A stretch of DNA of 64,000 nucleotides from Acidimicrobiales bacterium (GCA_051000215.1 JBPCON010000058.1:1194-65193), one strand, 5' to 3'; shown: positions 51,670-62,225, counted from the stretch's first letter. A program made the numbers and translations. Notes: a model not told the origin generated them from the letters alone.

Positions 51670-52796
51670 GCAACCAACTTGTCGTCGCCATCAACACGCT
51701 GTCCGTCAGCGACGCGAACGAGGGCATCAGAACAATGCTCGGCCGGCTCATCCCCGCGTTCGCCATGCTCGAACGACATCGGGTCCTTCTCGTGTGCAGC
51801 GACCGCAACACCCATTTGTTCGAAGAGATCGGCGGCCACGTCGAGACGGTGCAGGTGAGGCTCTCGAGTCGCGTCACGTTGCCAGCGCGGCTGTTCGCAG
51901 ACCAGGTGACCGTTCCTCGATTGGTCCGAGATCGCGCGGACGTCTTGGTGACGCCCTCTAGCGTCGGGTCTCTACGATCCCCGATCCCGCAGGTTGTGAT
52001 CGTGCCCGGACATCTTGCGGTGCCCTCGCTGCGCAGGGCCGCTGGCCCCAAGGCAATGTCGACCCTCCATCGCCTCTACTACGGCCCCTTGCTGCGACTG
52101 ACCCTTCGTCGGGCGGATGCGGTGGCGGCGATCTCTCACCATCTAGCCGCCGCGCTCATCGACGAACTCGGTCTCGATCCGCTCACGACATCCGCGATGC
52201 CGCTGGGTGTCGACCTCCCGCCCCACCAGCCTCTCTCGCTCGCCGAGCGCGCACCAGTGGTCCTCTTCGTCGGGACGCTGTACCCGTACAAAGACGCGTC
52301 GGTGGCCGTCCGAGGGTTCGCGGGCGCGAGGCAAGCCCTGCCACGCGCCACGAGACTTGTGATCGTGGGCAGGGACCCGGACGGTGGCCAAGCCGATGTG
52401 TTGTGGAAGGTGGCGGCCGCCGAGGGTGTCACCGATGCCGTCGAGGTTCTTGGGGCGGTCGACGAGCCGACGCTCATAGATCTGTACCGCCGCTCGCGCG
52501 TTCTCGTGTTGCCGTCGCGCTGCGAGGGCTTCGGGCTCCCTGTGCTGGAGGCGATGGCCCACGGCACACCCACTGTGGTTGCCGATTCCAGCTCCCTGCC
52601 CGAAGTCGTCGGAGCGACCGGGGCGATATTTGCGCCTGGGGATGTTGATGGGCTGGCGTCGAAGTTGGTCGACGTCTTCGCGAACGACGAGCACTGGATC
52701 AAGTTGTCGCGCGCTGCTCGTGCGCGGGCTGAGGTGTGCACCTGGACACGCTCGGCCGAGCACCTGGCGGCCGTGGTCGACCGCGTCGCGCCATGA
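51666..52796 (+). CDS. GT4-family glycosyltransferase
   Basis: Start MSNQLVVAINTL overlaps the previous stop (ATGA). LFVGTLYPYKD, LVLPSRCEGFGLPVLEAMAHGTPTVV. Confidence 0.85.
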   Translation: MSNQLVVAINTLSVSDANEGIRTMLGRLIPAFAMLERHRVLLVCSDRNTHLFEEIGGHVETVQVRLSSRVTLPARLFADQVTVPRLVRDRADVLVTPSSVGSLRSPIPQVVIVPGHLAVPSLRRAAGPKAMSTLHRLYYGPLLRLTLRRADAVAAISHHLAAALIDELGLDPLTTSAMPLGVDLPPHQPLSLAERAPVVLFVGTLYPYKDASVAVRGFAGARQALPRATRLVIVGRDPDGGQADVLWKVAAAEGVTDAVEVLGAVDEPTLIDLYRRSRVLVLPSRCEGFGLPVLEAMAHGTPTVVADSSSLPEVVGATGAIFAPGDVDGLASKLVDVFANDEHWIKLSRAARARAEVCTWTRSAEHLAAVVDRVAP

Positions 52797-53530
52797 GCTC
52801 ACGCCGCCGCGTGCTGGCCGACCGAGTCGACCGTTTGAACAAGGCGGTCGACGTGCTGCTTCTAAGCGGGAGCGCTCGAGCCCTCACCCGGTGCCGGCCA
52901 CTCTCGCTCGCCGGCCTTCGGATCACCGGCGCCATCCAGGCCGAGGGCATCGAACCGGACACGATCCTCGACATCGGCGCGAACCGTGGCCAGTTCTCGG
53001 CAGCGGCACTTCATCGATTCCCGCGCGCGAGCGTCACCGCGTTCGAACCGTTGCCCGGTCCGGCAGCAGCACTGCGCCGACTGCCGCTTCACGCTGTTCA
53101 TGAGATTGTCCTGGGCGCGGTGGAGAAGGTCGTCGCGTTTCGACCGCAGGCCTATGACCTCAGCTCGTCAGTCCTGCCGATGCACGGCGGAGACGGGCCG
53201 GTGGTGGAGCTGAGGCAGCAACGACTCGACCAGGTCGTCGCCCTCGAGGACCTCCGGGGTGTGGTCCTGATGAAGCTCGACGTGCAAGGGTACGAGCTCG
53301 AGGTGCTCGCCGGGGCCGGCGAGCTACTGGGCGCGGCGTTCGCGATCGTCATCGAGCAGGCCTTCGAACAAGCCTACGAGGGCCAGCCGAGCTTCGACCA
53401 GGTTCACGGCGAGCTCGTGCGGCTCGGGTTCGCACTCGCGCGCATCGTCGACCTCCGCCGCGCGGGCGGCCGAATCGTCGAGATCGATTCGCTCTACACG
53501 CGCACGGCGAGTGAAGGCGTACGTGCCTGA
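52793..53530 (+). CDS. FkbM-family methyltransferase
   Basis: ILDIGANRGQFS, LMKLDVQGYELEVLAGAGELL. Start overlaps the previous stop (ATGA). Confidence 0.8.
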   Translation: MSSRRRVLADRVDRLNKAVDVLLLSGSARALTRCRPLSLAGLRITGAIQAEGIEPDTILDIGANRGQFSAAALHRFPRASVTAFEPLPGPAAALRRLPLHAVHEIVLGAVEKVVAFRPQAYDLSSSVLPMHGGDGPVVELRQQRLDQVVALEDLRGVVLMKLDVQGYELEVLAGAGELLGAAFAIVIEQAFEQAYEGQPSFDQVHGELVRLGFALARIVDLRRAGGRIVEIDSLYTRTASEGVRA

Positions 53531-53548
53531 AGCGGACGGAGGTCTCGC

Positions 53549-54283
53549 GTGCTGGACTATCTGAAGCCGCTCGTCCCGATGACGCTCAGGCGAACTCTCA
53601 AGATCAGGCGCGTCCGGCTGTTCGAAACCCTCGGTTCGAGCCGCTACTCGCGCCCTGCCCTCGACCATCTCGATGAGCAGCTTCGCCCTTTCCTGCCCTC
53701 GACCCCCGGCGTGTTTCTCGAAATCGGAGCCAACGACGGCTACACCCAGAGCAACACCTACTTCCTCGAGAGCTGGCTCGGTTGGCAGGGCATCCTCATC
53801 GAGCCGCTCCCAGAGCTGTACGCCTGCTGTAAGCGGATTCGCACTCGCTCGAGATGCTTCAACGTCGCGTGTGTCGCCGATGTTGCCGCCGACACGGTCA
53901 CGATCATGGACATGAATCTCATGTCGGTCACACTCGGCCAGCAGGACGCCGAGCAGGAGCGACACCGGCTTCGAGGCGGCCGCGAGATCGATGTGCCTGC
54001 AACCACACTCTCGGCAGTCATCGACCAAGCCGGCCAGCCGGCCATCGACTTCATGTCGATCGACGTCGAGGGAGCCGAACTATCCGTGCTCGGCGGCCTC
54101 GACCTCGAAAGACACTCGCCACACCTGCTGCTCGTCGAAACAGCGAAGCCGGTAGCGGTCGAGGACTTACTCGAGGGGCACCTCACGAGAGTCGCGCAGC
54201 TCTCCCACCATGACTACCTCTTCCAAAGGATCGATTCGCGAGCACGAGGGCCAGCCGTTCACAACCAGATCACCCACGCGTAG
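53549..54283 (+). CDS. FkbM-family methyltransferase
   Basis: FLEIGANDGYTQSNT, FMSIDVEGAELSVLGGLDL. GTG start. Confidence 0.8.
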   Translation: MLDYLKPLVPMTLRRTLKIRRVRLFETLGSSRYSRPALDHLDEQLRPFLPSTPGVFLEIGANDGYTQSNTYFLESWLGWQGILIEPLPELYACCKRIRTRSRCFNVACVADVAADTVTIMDMNLMSVTLGQQDAEQERHRLRGGREIDVPATTLSAVIDQAGQPAIDFMSIDVEGAELSVLGGLDLERHSPHLLLVETAKPVAVEDLLEGHLTRVAQLSHHDYLFQRIDSRARGPAVHNQITHA

Positions 54284-54395
54284 CGTTTTCGCGTTGGGGC
54301 CTCCGACACTCCCTAGATGTACCCGGCGTAAAAGGCTGGACGGCGATTTTCGAAGGTCGCGACAAGCGTCGCATGGTCGTCGCACGAGGTGCGCG

Positions 54396-55664
54396 TCACG
54401 CGGCGAGCACCACCCGGGGCGACTTGCTGCCACGTGTTTGCAGCGGGCGGCATGCCAGCGCCATTAGTACCGGCAACCAGAAGTAGCGGTGGAACTGAAT
54501 GGGTGCCGTGAGGCTGTAGATCAACGCAGCAACGAGCATCGCATTCGTAGCGGGCGCCAGGCGTCTTCGGCTTCTCCGCGTGGCTGCGTGTAGCACGAGG
54601 AGCAGGCCAAGCACACCGAGCAAACCAGACTGATACCAGTAGAGCAGCACAATGTTGTGGGTGGCTGTTCCATCCTTGAGCACCGCAGCCTCTTTCGCCG
54701 ACGAACCTCGGCCGAGAAGTGGTGAGTCTTCGATGCGGTGGAGGGCGCTGCTCATCGAGTCGATCCGAGAGAACAGCGTCCCTTGCTCACCGCCTGCGCC
54801 TTTGGTCACAACTTGCAGACGATCCTCGAGGGTAGACCTGTTATTGAGAGCCACCACGAGCAACGTGGCGAGCACGAGTCCGACCACGGCGAATGCGGCC
54901 CGACGATGGCGCCGACTCGAGGAGCGGTAGAACCCCCACGCGATACCCGCCGAGGCCGCGAGGTTCCCCGTGACACTGCCCGACAGGAAGAGACCAATGA
55001 CGATCGTCAAGGGAATGAGCACTCGAACGGGACGGGCGAGAGTGGAGTTGCCGAATATCGAAGCGACGAGCCCAATGGCAAGGGTGCCGCCGAGATCATT
55101 GAAGTGTTCGGCGAGCCCGAGGAAGCGGTTGGTGATGCCCGGAACCTGTGCAAAGCCGACGACCCCCAAGGCCTGGCCGGCGGCCACGGCCGCCGACGCC
55201 GCGCTGCCATAGACGTACCAACGCAGGACCTTGCCCTCGAACCGCGGCCCGCGACCCAGGTGTTTGAACAGCGCCGCAAATGGCCCGAGCACCAAGAACA
55301 GGCGAACCGCGACCAGGACATTGGCGCCGGTCTCCTCCGACGGGATCGCAGCGACGAGCAGACCAGAAATGATGAAGACGGCGCCGAGCACCCAGAGATC
55401 GTTCCGTATCGGCCGACGAAGTTGACCGCGCAGCAGCGCCACCGCAAACGCGAGCGCCAGGCAGAAGTCGGAGAACGTGATCCCGACTATCGGGTCTCGG
55501 AGTACGAGCCAAGGCATCGTCGCGATCCCGGCGAGAAACAGCGCCGAGAGGAGCGGGGCCGATTCGAGATCTTGAGCGGTCGAGCGACCGGAGGAGCCTT
55601 GCCGGGTTGGGTTCTGCAAGCGAGCGACGCTATCCGGTGAACGCTGGCGGCAGCTCGTCTGCAC
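54396..55664 (-). CDS. O-antigen ligase/polymerase (Wzy-like) family membrane protein
   Basis: Polytopic (~10 TM) protein with a large loop and the characteristic ...HNIVLLYWYQSGLLG region. The start is uncertain; the given start overlaps the wzx 3' end by 35 nt. Confidence 0.7.
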   Translation of the reverse strand: MQTSCRQRSPDSVARLQNPTRQGSSGRSTAQDLESAPLLSALFLAGIATMPWLVLRDPIVGITFSDFCLALAFAVALLRGQLRRPIRNDLWVLGAVFIISGLLVAAIPSEETGANVLVAVRLFLVLGPFAALFKHLGRGPRFEGKVLRWYVYGSAASAAVAAGQALGVVGFAQVPGITNRFLGLAEHFNDLGGTLAIGLVASIFGNSTLARPVRVLIPLTIVIGLFLSGSVTGNLAASAGIAWGFYRSSSRRHRRAAFAVVGLVLATLLVVALNNRSTLEDRLQVVTKGAGGEQGTLFSRIDSMSSALHRIEDSPLLGRGSSAKEAAVLKDGTATHNIVLLYWYQSGLLGVLGLLLVLHAATRRSRRRLAPATNAMLVAALIYSLTAPIQFHRYFWLPVLMALACRPLQTRGSKSPRVVLAA

Positions 55665-56892
55665 GGTCAGCGGCGGCTGACTGTTGCTTCGTCAATCGAG
55701 CGAGCTGGTGCCAGTAGACGACCGATGTCGCGAGGGAGCCAACAATAAGGCCGTAGGAGAAGCCCACCTCGTCGCCGACTACACCACCGAGAATCGGAGC
55801 GATGAGCACCAAGGGCAGGCTTATCACCCGGGCGCGCAGACTCTCGCGAGCTGCTGAGCGGGCGCGCATGCCAGCGACAGCGCCGGCACCGAGACCTGCT
55901 ATCACGATCGAGATGCCGTAGGGCAACAGGACGCGCCGAGCCCCCGCCCAGCTGCTTCCGAGCGCCGCCTCGCCGAGATGGTCAGGTACGAGAAGTAGCG
56001 CTGTTGTCCAGAGCGCCGCGGCGAGCGCGATCCCTGCTGACCCGTAGATCATCATGAAGCGAAAGTGACGAGGCCGATCGAGCCAGCGCCCGCCCTCCGG
56101 CACCAGCACCAGGTAGCTCCCCGCGTAGAGAACGGCAATGGGCCCGAGGAGCGACTGCACCGCGCGGATGCTGCCGACGGGGACCACTCCAGACGTGGCT
56201 CCTAGCGCGAACAGAGCGACGTAACTGACCCCGCCCGCCGTGAGGAACTCCGCCGCGTAACGCCCGCTGAGGTCGGAATGATCTCGACACCAGGCGAGTG
56301 CTCCCGACGGCGAGGGGGCGAAGCGCTCGGTGGTGAGCGTAGGCAGAATGTAGGACCCAAAGCCGGCCGCCCCCCAGACCAACACCAGTACGGGAGCCGT
56401 GATCGTGGCCGATGAGCCGATGTAGATCGCGAGGAAGACCGCGAGGAACGCGATCCAGAGCGCATCGATGGTGACCGCACGGGCCTGATGGGCCTGAGCA
56501 ATCGCGTGATAGCGAAGAGCGTCCTGCATCAGCACCAGAGGGAGCACGACCGAGAGTGCAGCGAGCGCTGAGCCGGGCGTGCCGCGCAGGGCGAGAGAGC
56601 AAGCGAGCAGCAGCGGTGCACAGATGAACCCGACGAGCAACCCGCCACCAGTAACAGCTGCACCGGACCGCCTCGGCGAGCTGTACTGCTGATGCCGTGT
56701 GAGCAGCGGCTCCCCGAAGGCCGATCGGCACACGCCCGCGACCAAGATGTAGACGGCGATCGCCAAGCCGAACGCGCCGAAGTCGGCTGCCGACAGCGTC
56801 CGCGCCGCCACGACTGTGATGAAGAGGTTGCTAGAGCTTGACAAGCCCTGATCGAGCAACGTCAGCAGGACCCGTCTCGACGCGCTTCGCAT
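55630..56892 (-). CDS. polysaccharide flippase (Wzx/MOP superfamily)
   Basis: ~12 TM helices. N-terminus MRSASRRVLLTLLDQGLSSSSNLFITVVAARTLSAADFGAFG is typical of Wzx-type exporters. Confidence 0.75.
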   Translation of the reverse strand: MRSASRRVLLTLLDQGLSSSSNLFITVVAARTLSAADFGAFGLAIAVYILVAGVCRSAFGEPLLTRHQQYSSPRRSGAAVTGGGLLVGFICAPLLLACSLALRGTPGSALAALSVVLPLVLMQDALRYHAIAQAHQARAVTIDALWIAFLAVFLAIYIGSSATITAPVLVLVWGAAGFGSYILPTLTTERFAPSPSGALAWCRDHSDLSGRYAAEFLTAGGVSYVALFALGATSGVVPVGSIRAVQSLLGPIAVLYAGSYLVLVPEGGRWLDRPRHFRFMMIYGSAGIALAAALWTTALLLVPDHLGEAALGSSWAGARRVLLPYGISIVIAGLGAGAVAGMRARSAARESLRARVISLPLVLIAPILGGVVGDEVGFSYGLIVGSLATSVVYWHQLARLTKQQSAAADRADELPPAFTG

Positions 56893-56934
56893 GCAGATGT
56901 GCCTCGTGGGTCGAATAAGGTGAACCGAGACGGG

Positions 56935-57057
56935 CTACCTGTCGGTCGCTTCGAGGAAGAAGCTGTCGGGCCTCGTGTCAAGCAACTTCACGTCGGGGCA
57001 GTCGCCTTCTCGAAATGTGCGCTGCTCGACCCGCCGAAATCCAGCGTCCTCCAGCAT
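56935..57057 (-). pseudogene. C-terminal remnant of a SAM-dependent methyltransferase
   Basis: The minus strand reads MLEDAGFRRVEQRTFREGDCPDVKLLDTRPDSFFLEATDR-TAG, the usual C-terminal tail of type-11-like methyltransferases. There is an in-frame TAA three codons upstream, and only out-of-frame fragments (LVRLVRPP...) further up to about 57290. Confidence 0.35.
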
Positions 57058-57294
57058 ATGAGCGACTTAAGCCCGGTGTCGGTTTCCACCGGCGGCCTGA
57101 CGAGCCGAACAAGCTCGCAACGCGCCTGGGGCCGCGAGGCCGAGACAGTGGATGCGCGTTGAGACGCTCGTTGAACTCAAGGGCCCGCAGGTACCCGTCG
57201 TCGGTGCCGCCGTCGCTGAGCGCCCGAGCGACACTCGTTACATCGGGTAGAGGCCGTCGTTGTCCGCCCGCATGGTGGAACGACGTAGAGCAGA

Positions 57295-57969
57295 TCACCG
57301 GCGCTTGAAGGCGGCAAACCCATTCCGGCAATGTCGGTCTTCGGCGATCAACTCATAGGACAGATCGCCGCGCAATCGCTCGCAGGACTCGTAGTTCTTG
57401 AAGGTCATGGTGTCGTCTAGCAACACGTACGTCGCGCCGTAGAGGGCTTCGAGCTCGACGAAGCCGGTGAACTCCGAGCCGTCGATCAGGACCAGGTCGA
57501 ATTCATCGACGCCGGCCGCTTCGCGTGCGGCCTCGATCCCAGCTTCAGGGGAGTTGATTCGTTCCATGTACTCGATGTCCTGATGAAGCCAGCGCAGGAC
57601 TTCCTTGAGGGAGAATTGGCGAATTTTCGAGTCGCTGTGCTGGACATAAAAACGCGAGACGTCTTCGTCGGTCGGCATGAGTGCGACAGGTACCGAAGGC
57701 AGATTGTGACAATGCACCCAGGACCGGTCGCTGTACCTAGCGACGAGCTCCTGAAATCTTGGTACTGATAGTTCGATGCAGTAGAGCGCCTTCGGATCAT
57801 TGCGGCACATGCCTTTGACAATCGACGCCGTGCTGCCAGCGCCGTTCGATGAGCCGATCTCAAGAGCGTTATGAACGTGCGGATCAGCTGCCAGCTGTTC
57901 GATCAGCGTCGCGAACGGATCGTCAATGATCTCGGGCGGGATCACTGTGTCGAGTTGGGAGTGCCGCAT
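57295..57969 (-). CDS. class I SAM-dependent methyltransferase
   Basis: ALEIGSSNGAGST (motif I), DLVLIDGSEF, lower-GC sequence. Start at MRHSQLDTV (codon 163 of the track ORF); upstream starts would collide with the divergent glycosyltransferase gene. Confidence 0.7.
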   Translation of the reverse strand: MRHSQLDTVIPPEIIDDPFATLIEQLAADPHVHNALEIGSSNGAGSTASIVKGMCRNDPKALYCIELSVPRFQELVARYSDRSWVHCHNLPSVPVALMPTDEDVSRFYVQHSDSKIRQFSLKEVLRWLHQDIEYMERINSPEAGIEAAREAAGVDEFDLVLIDGSEFTGFVELEALYGATYVLLDDTMTFKNYESCERLRGDLSYELIAEDRHCRNGFAAFKRR

Positions 57970-58143
57970 CGCCAGCCGCCGGATCTTCGACCTGAGGGCA
58001 CGTATGGCCGATGCCGGACTCCGCGCAGACCTCGTGGCTCGGTGCACCCGGGGATGGTAGTCGTCGGCCGGCCTGATTCGACGGGCATGGTCAGCGCTCT
58101 GCGATGCTCTCAGCCTCCCTCCCGTCGCGATCGAATACCTCCG

Positions 58144-59328
58144 ATGCACATTCTCATCCACGACTTCGCTGGTCATCCGTTCCCAGCGCATTTGAGCCGT
58201 GCGCTGGCCAGCCGTGGGCACCGCGTCGATCATGTGCACTGCGGGGGGGTGGCGGCCGGGCGGGGCGACCTGCAGCGACGAGGTCACGACTCCCCCACGC
58301 TTCGCTTCGCCGACCTCAGCGTCGGTGAATTCGATCGCTACCACCCGCTCAAGAGAATGATCGCCGAGACGCGCTATGGCAGGGCGGTCGCGGCGGCCAT
58401 CCGCGCCGAGCAGCCCGACTTCCTCGTCTCGGCAAACACACCCTTGGTCACTCAAGCCATCATCTGGCGGGCCGCTCGGCGTACTGGGTCAACCCGCGTC
58501 TACTGGTTGCAAGACTTTCTCGGGCGTGGCACGCGTTCGGTGCTGACCGCTCGGTCCGCGCTGCTGGGGGCAACAGCAGGGCTTGCGCTCGAGCGGCTCG
58601 AGACCTCGCTCCTGCGCCGATCGGAGCTCATCGTGGCTATCACCGAGGACTTCGTCCCCGAGCTTGACCGGCGCGGGGTGCGCGCGCCCCACACGGTTAT
58701 CGAGAACTGGGCGCCGACCGACGAGGTCGGCCCGCGTCCAAAGGACAACCCACTGAGCCGAGCGCTTGGTCTCCACGATCGTCGGGTTGCGCTCTACTCC
58801 GGCACGCTCGGGCTCAAGCACGACCCGGCGCACCTCGTGCGCGTAGCCGAGATGCTCAGCGAGGTCGACGCGTTGCTGGTGGTCGTGACCGAAGGCTTAG
58901 GCAGAGCCTTTCTCGATAAGGCCAAAGCGCGCTCCGCTCTCTCCAACTTGGTGCTCCTCGACTACTTGCCGTACGAGGATCTGCCTGACCTGCTTGGTTC
59001 CGCCGACGTGTGCCTCGCTTTGCTCGAGCCTGACGCCGGGACCTTCAGCGTGCCATCGAAGATCCTCACTTACCTTGCCTCCGGCAAGCCCGTTGTCGCC
59101 GCCGTGCCGGCGGAGAACCTCGCCGCTCGAATCCTCGATCGCTCAACTGCGGGTGTGATCATTCAACCCGGCGATCACGACGGGTTCGCTCGTGCCGTCG
59201 CTGCTCTGTTGGACGACCAACCCCGTGCAAAGCGGATGGGAGAAGCAGCCAGGCACTACGCCGAACGCAGCTTCGACGTCGAGCGAATCGCAGATCAGCT
59301 CACCGAGCTACTGCGCCGCGCGCGGTAG
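58144..59328 (+). CDS. WcaI-like GT4 glycosyltransferase
   Basis: MHILIHDFAGHPFPAHLSRALASRGH (typical WcaI N-terminus), ALYSGTLGLKHD, FSVPSKILTYLASGKPVV. Ends with TAG. Confidence 0.85.
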   Translation: MHILIHDFAGHPFPAHLSRALASRGHRVDHVHCGGVAAGRGDLQRRGHDSPTLRFADLSVGEFDRYHPLKRMIAETRYGRAVAAAIRAEQPDFLVSANTPLVTQAIIWRAARRTGSTRVYWLQDFLGRGTRSVLTARSALLGATAGLALERLETSLLRRSELIVAITEDFVPELDRRGVRAPHTVIENWAPTDEVGPRPKDNPLSRALGLHDRRVALYSGTLGLKHDPAHLVRVAEMLSEVDALLVVVTEGLGRAFLDKAKARSALSNLVLLDYLPYEDLPDLLGSADVCLALLEPDAGTFSVPSKILTYLASGKPVVAAVPAENLAARILDRSTAGVIIQPGDHDGFARAVAALLDDQPRAKRMGEAARHYAERSFDVERIADQLTELLRRAR

Positions 59329-59329
59329 C

Positions 59330-59782
59330 TCACCGCTGCGACGAGGCCCGCGTCCCACGGATCGACCCATCGGCCTGTTTCAAGAACCACTCATACGTGG
59401 ATCGGACGCCGTCGGCGAAGTCGATCGAAGGCATCCAGCCCAACGACTTGAGCTTGCCGATGTCGAGCACCTTGCGGGGTGTTCCGTCGGGCTTGGTGGT
59501 GTCGAACACCAGCTCAGCTTCCGGGTAGACGACATCGCGAATCGTCTCGGCAAGGCTGCGAATCGACAGGTCCTCGCCAGTGCCGACGTTGATGTGCTCG
59601 GCCTCGTCGTAGTGGTCCACCAAGAAGATGCAGGCGTCGGCGAGGTCGTCGACGTGGAGAAACTCCCGCATGGGGCTGCCCGTGCCCCAGATCTCTACAT
59701 GCTTCGCCCCGGTGGCGCGCGCCGCTTCAACTGGCGGAGCGGCGATGCCCGCAAGCACACCGGGTCGCCCTTCCTCGAGCAT
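59330..59782 (-). pseudogene. fcl: GDP-L-fucose synthase, C-terminal third only
   Basis: [57 protein letters not shown]...[26 protein letters not shown] matches the C-terminal region of Fcl. The Rossmann N-terminus and the catalytic S/Y/K region are absent; upstream sequence in the track ORF is antisense of the next gene. Confidence 0.75.
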
Positions 59783-59834
59783 CGCGATCCCGCCTCCCGT
59801 CCGATGGGCGCTGCAAACTAGAACCGTACAAGTG

Positions 59835-62129
59835 ATGCCACCCGACGCTGCACATCTTCGCCTTGTCTGTCGACCATTGAAACGCGTTCGGCGCTCGGAG
59901 CCGGCTGTGGTCGCTGCGTGCGCGCTGTCGGCAGCGTTCGCGATGATCCCTGCACCGTTGCGGCTGACCGGGACGCGGGTCACCGACGCTGCTGTTCTCG
60001 GCGCGCTCGCCGTCGCAGTTCCCCTCATAGCTGCGCGGGCGCGGCGCGGCTCGTGGTTCACGAGCTTGGGTCTCGCCGCGCTGGTGGTGGTGAGCGGCGC
60101 CTCGCTCGTCGCGGTAGGTGGCGGGCTCCTCGCCGCTGTGCTCGGCACCGTGCGACGAATGAGCCAACGCCAAGCCGGCCTCCTGGTCGGCATCGCCCTC
60201 ATCCAAGCGCTCGTGCACGCCGAACCCGGCAAGAACGCGCTTCCACTGGCGGCCGCTGGCACGCTCGCCTTGGCCACCCTCGCCTTCTCCGCATATCGGG
60301 TCAGCAACCGTCGGCGACGCCGGGGCGCTCGCCGCGTTGCGGGCGCCTTGGCGCTGGGGTTCGTCGCGCTCGGCCTCCTGCTCGCCGTGGCGCTGTTGTC
60401 GGCCCGAAGCCCCTTGTCGCGAGGAATCGACCAGCTCGACGTCGGCTTGGCCGCCGCACATCGTGGCGACTCGGATGCGGCCGCGTCGGCCTTCGATGAC
60501 GCGGCCGCATCACTGCGTACAGCGCGCAGCAACGTCGGTGCATGGTGGGCGCAGCCCGTCAGGTCCTTACCCTTGCTCGGTCGCAACGTCGCTGTCGTCG
60601 ACGCCGCCCTCTCTGAGGCGGTGCAATTGGCTGACGACGCCCGCGCCGCAGCCGCCGCAGTCGGACCCGAGCGCTTGAAGTTCACGACCGGCTCCGTCGA
60701 CCTCGCTGCCATCCGCGTCGCGACCCCCGTGCTGGAGCGCGCAGCCGATGATGCAGCGGGGGCCATCGAGCGCCTCGCTCAGTTGCGCTCACCGTGGCTC
60801 GTGTCGCCTGTCAGCTCGAGGCTCGACCAGATGAGCGCCCGCATCGAGCGCAACCTTGGCGACCTCGCGCTCGCTCGCGATGCGGTCGGAGCGGCGCCCG
60901 ACCTGCTCGGTGAGCTGAGCCCACGCCGTTACTTGGTCGTGTTCGTCACGCCAGTCGAGGCGCGAGGCACCGGCTTCCCCGGCAACTTCGCCGAGCTCAA
61001 CGTCGACCACGGGCACATGTCGCTCGGGCGATTCGGGCGCATCTCCGAACTCACAGGCAATCAAGGCAAGCGCACCGTCACCGCGCCTGCCGACTACACG
61101 GCGCGATACGGGTTCCTCGATGTGGCCAACGAGTGGCGCGATCTCACGGTGTCGCCCGACTTCCCAACGGTGGCGCGCCTGATGGGCCAGCTCTACCCGC
61201 AGTCGGGGGGCATGCCCGTCGATGGCGTGCTCCGCCTCGACCCCGTCGCTGTCGCGGCCATGCTGCAGTTCACGGGGCCGATCACGGTCCCCGACGTGCC
61301 GTTCGCGTTGACCAGCGACAACACGGCCAAGTTCCTCTTCGAGGACCAGTACACGACCCTCGCGAACCCGAACCGAATCGACGCCCTCGACGAGCTAGGT
61401 CACCTCGTGTTCGAAAAGCTGGTAAGCGCAAACCTGCCCGGGCCTGGTGAGCTCGCCAAGGTCTTCTCGCCGTTGGTCGACCAAGGTCATCTGGCGTTCG
61501 TCCGCCTGGACGGTACCGACAGTGCCGCGAGCGTGGCCCTCCTAGACCGCGTGGGCGCCACCGGCGCAGCACCGCCGGTTCGAGGCGACTCGCTGGGGGT
61601 CGTCGTGAACAATGCAGGCGGGAACAAGACCGACGCCTTCCTCACCCGCGACGTCGACTACCACGCAACCGTTGAACCGACGACGGGCCTGGTGCATGCA
61701 ACGGCGACCGTGCGGCTCACCAACGGTGCTCCTGGCTCCGGATTGCCCGGCGTCATAATCGACAACTATGTGGCGTTCTTCAACCCGGGCATGGCGACTC
61801 CACCAAAAGGCACCAATCGCACCTGGCTCACCGTCTACACGCCGCTCGCTCTCACGGGTGCAACGCTCGACGGCCAGCCGACCACGCCCGCAACGGCGGT
61901 CGAGCTAGGGCGCCTCGCTCACTCCCTCTTCATCGACCTAGCTCCCGGGGCGACGCGAGAGGTGACCTTGACCCTCACCGGCACCGTGAGCGTCCCCTAC
62001 CAGCTCGACATCTGGCGACAGGCACTGGCAAAGCCCGGCACGGCGGTGGTGTCCATCGACACCGGGTCAGGGCCCCCGGCTGCAACGACCCTCACACTCG
62101 ACGAGGACCGCACCATCAACGCGCGCTAA
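59835..62129 (+). CDS. DUF4012 domain membrane protein
   Basis: N-terminal multi-TM region, then [26 protein letters not shown]...[21 protein letters not shown], typical of DUF4012 proteins found in actinobacterial glycan clusters. Start at ATG 59835; a GTG lies one codon earlier. Confidence 0.8.
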   Translation: MPPDAAHLRLVCRPLKRVRRSEPAVVAACALSAAFAMIPAPLRLTGTRVTDAAVLGALAVAVPLIAARARRGSWFTSLGLAALVVVSGASLVAVGGGLLAAVLGTVRRMSQRQAGLLVGIALIQALVHAEPGKNALPLAAAGTLALATLAFSAYRVSNRRRRRGARRVAGALALGFVALGLLLAVALLSARSPLSRGIDQLDVGLAAAHRGDSDAAASAFDDAAASLRTARSNVGAWWAQPVRSLPLLGRNVAVVDAALSEAVQLADDARAAAAAVGPERLKFTTGSVDLAAIRVATPVLERAADDAAGAIERLAQLRSPWLVSPVSSRLDQMSARIERNLGDLALARDAVGAAPDLLGELSPRRYLVVFVTPVEARGTGFPGNFAELNVDHGHMSLGRFGRISELTGNQGKRTVTAPADYTARYGFLDVANEWRDLTVSPDFPTVARLMGQLYPQSGGMPVDGVLRLDPVAVAAMLQFTGPITVPDVPFALTSDNTAKFLFEDQYTTLANPNRIDALDELGHLVFEKLVSANLPGPGELAKVFSPLVDQGHLAFVRLDGTDSAASVALLDRVGATGAAPPVRGDSLGVVVNNAGGNKTDAFLTRDVDYHATVEPTTGLVHATATVRLTNGAPGSGLPGVIIDNYVAFFNPGMATPPKGTNRTWLTVYTPLALTGATLDGQPTTPATAVELGRLAHSLFIDLAPGATREVTLTLTGTVSVPYQLDIWRQALAKPGTAVVSIDTGSGPPAATTLTLDEDRTINAR

Positions 62130-62225
62130 CCCCGATCGGCATTGGATGGTGGTCACAGAGCTGCTCATGTGACAGACTCGCGCCCGAATAGCGACTGGCG
62201 TTGTCAACAGCGAAGGGCTCAACCG

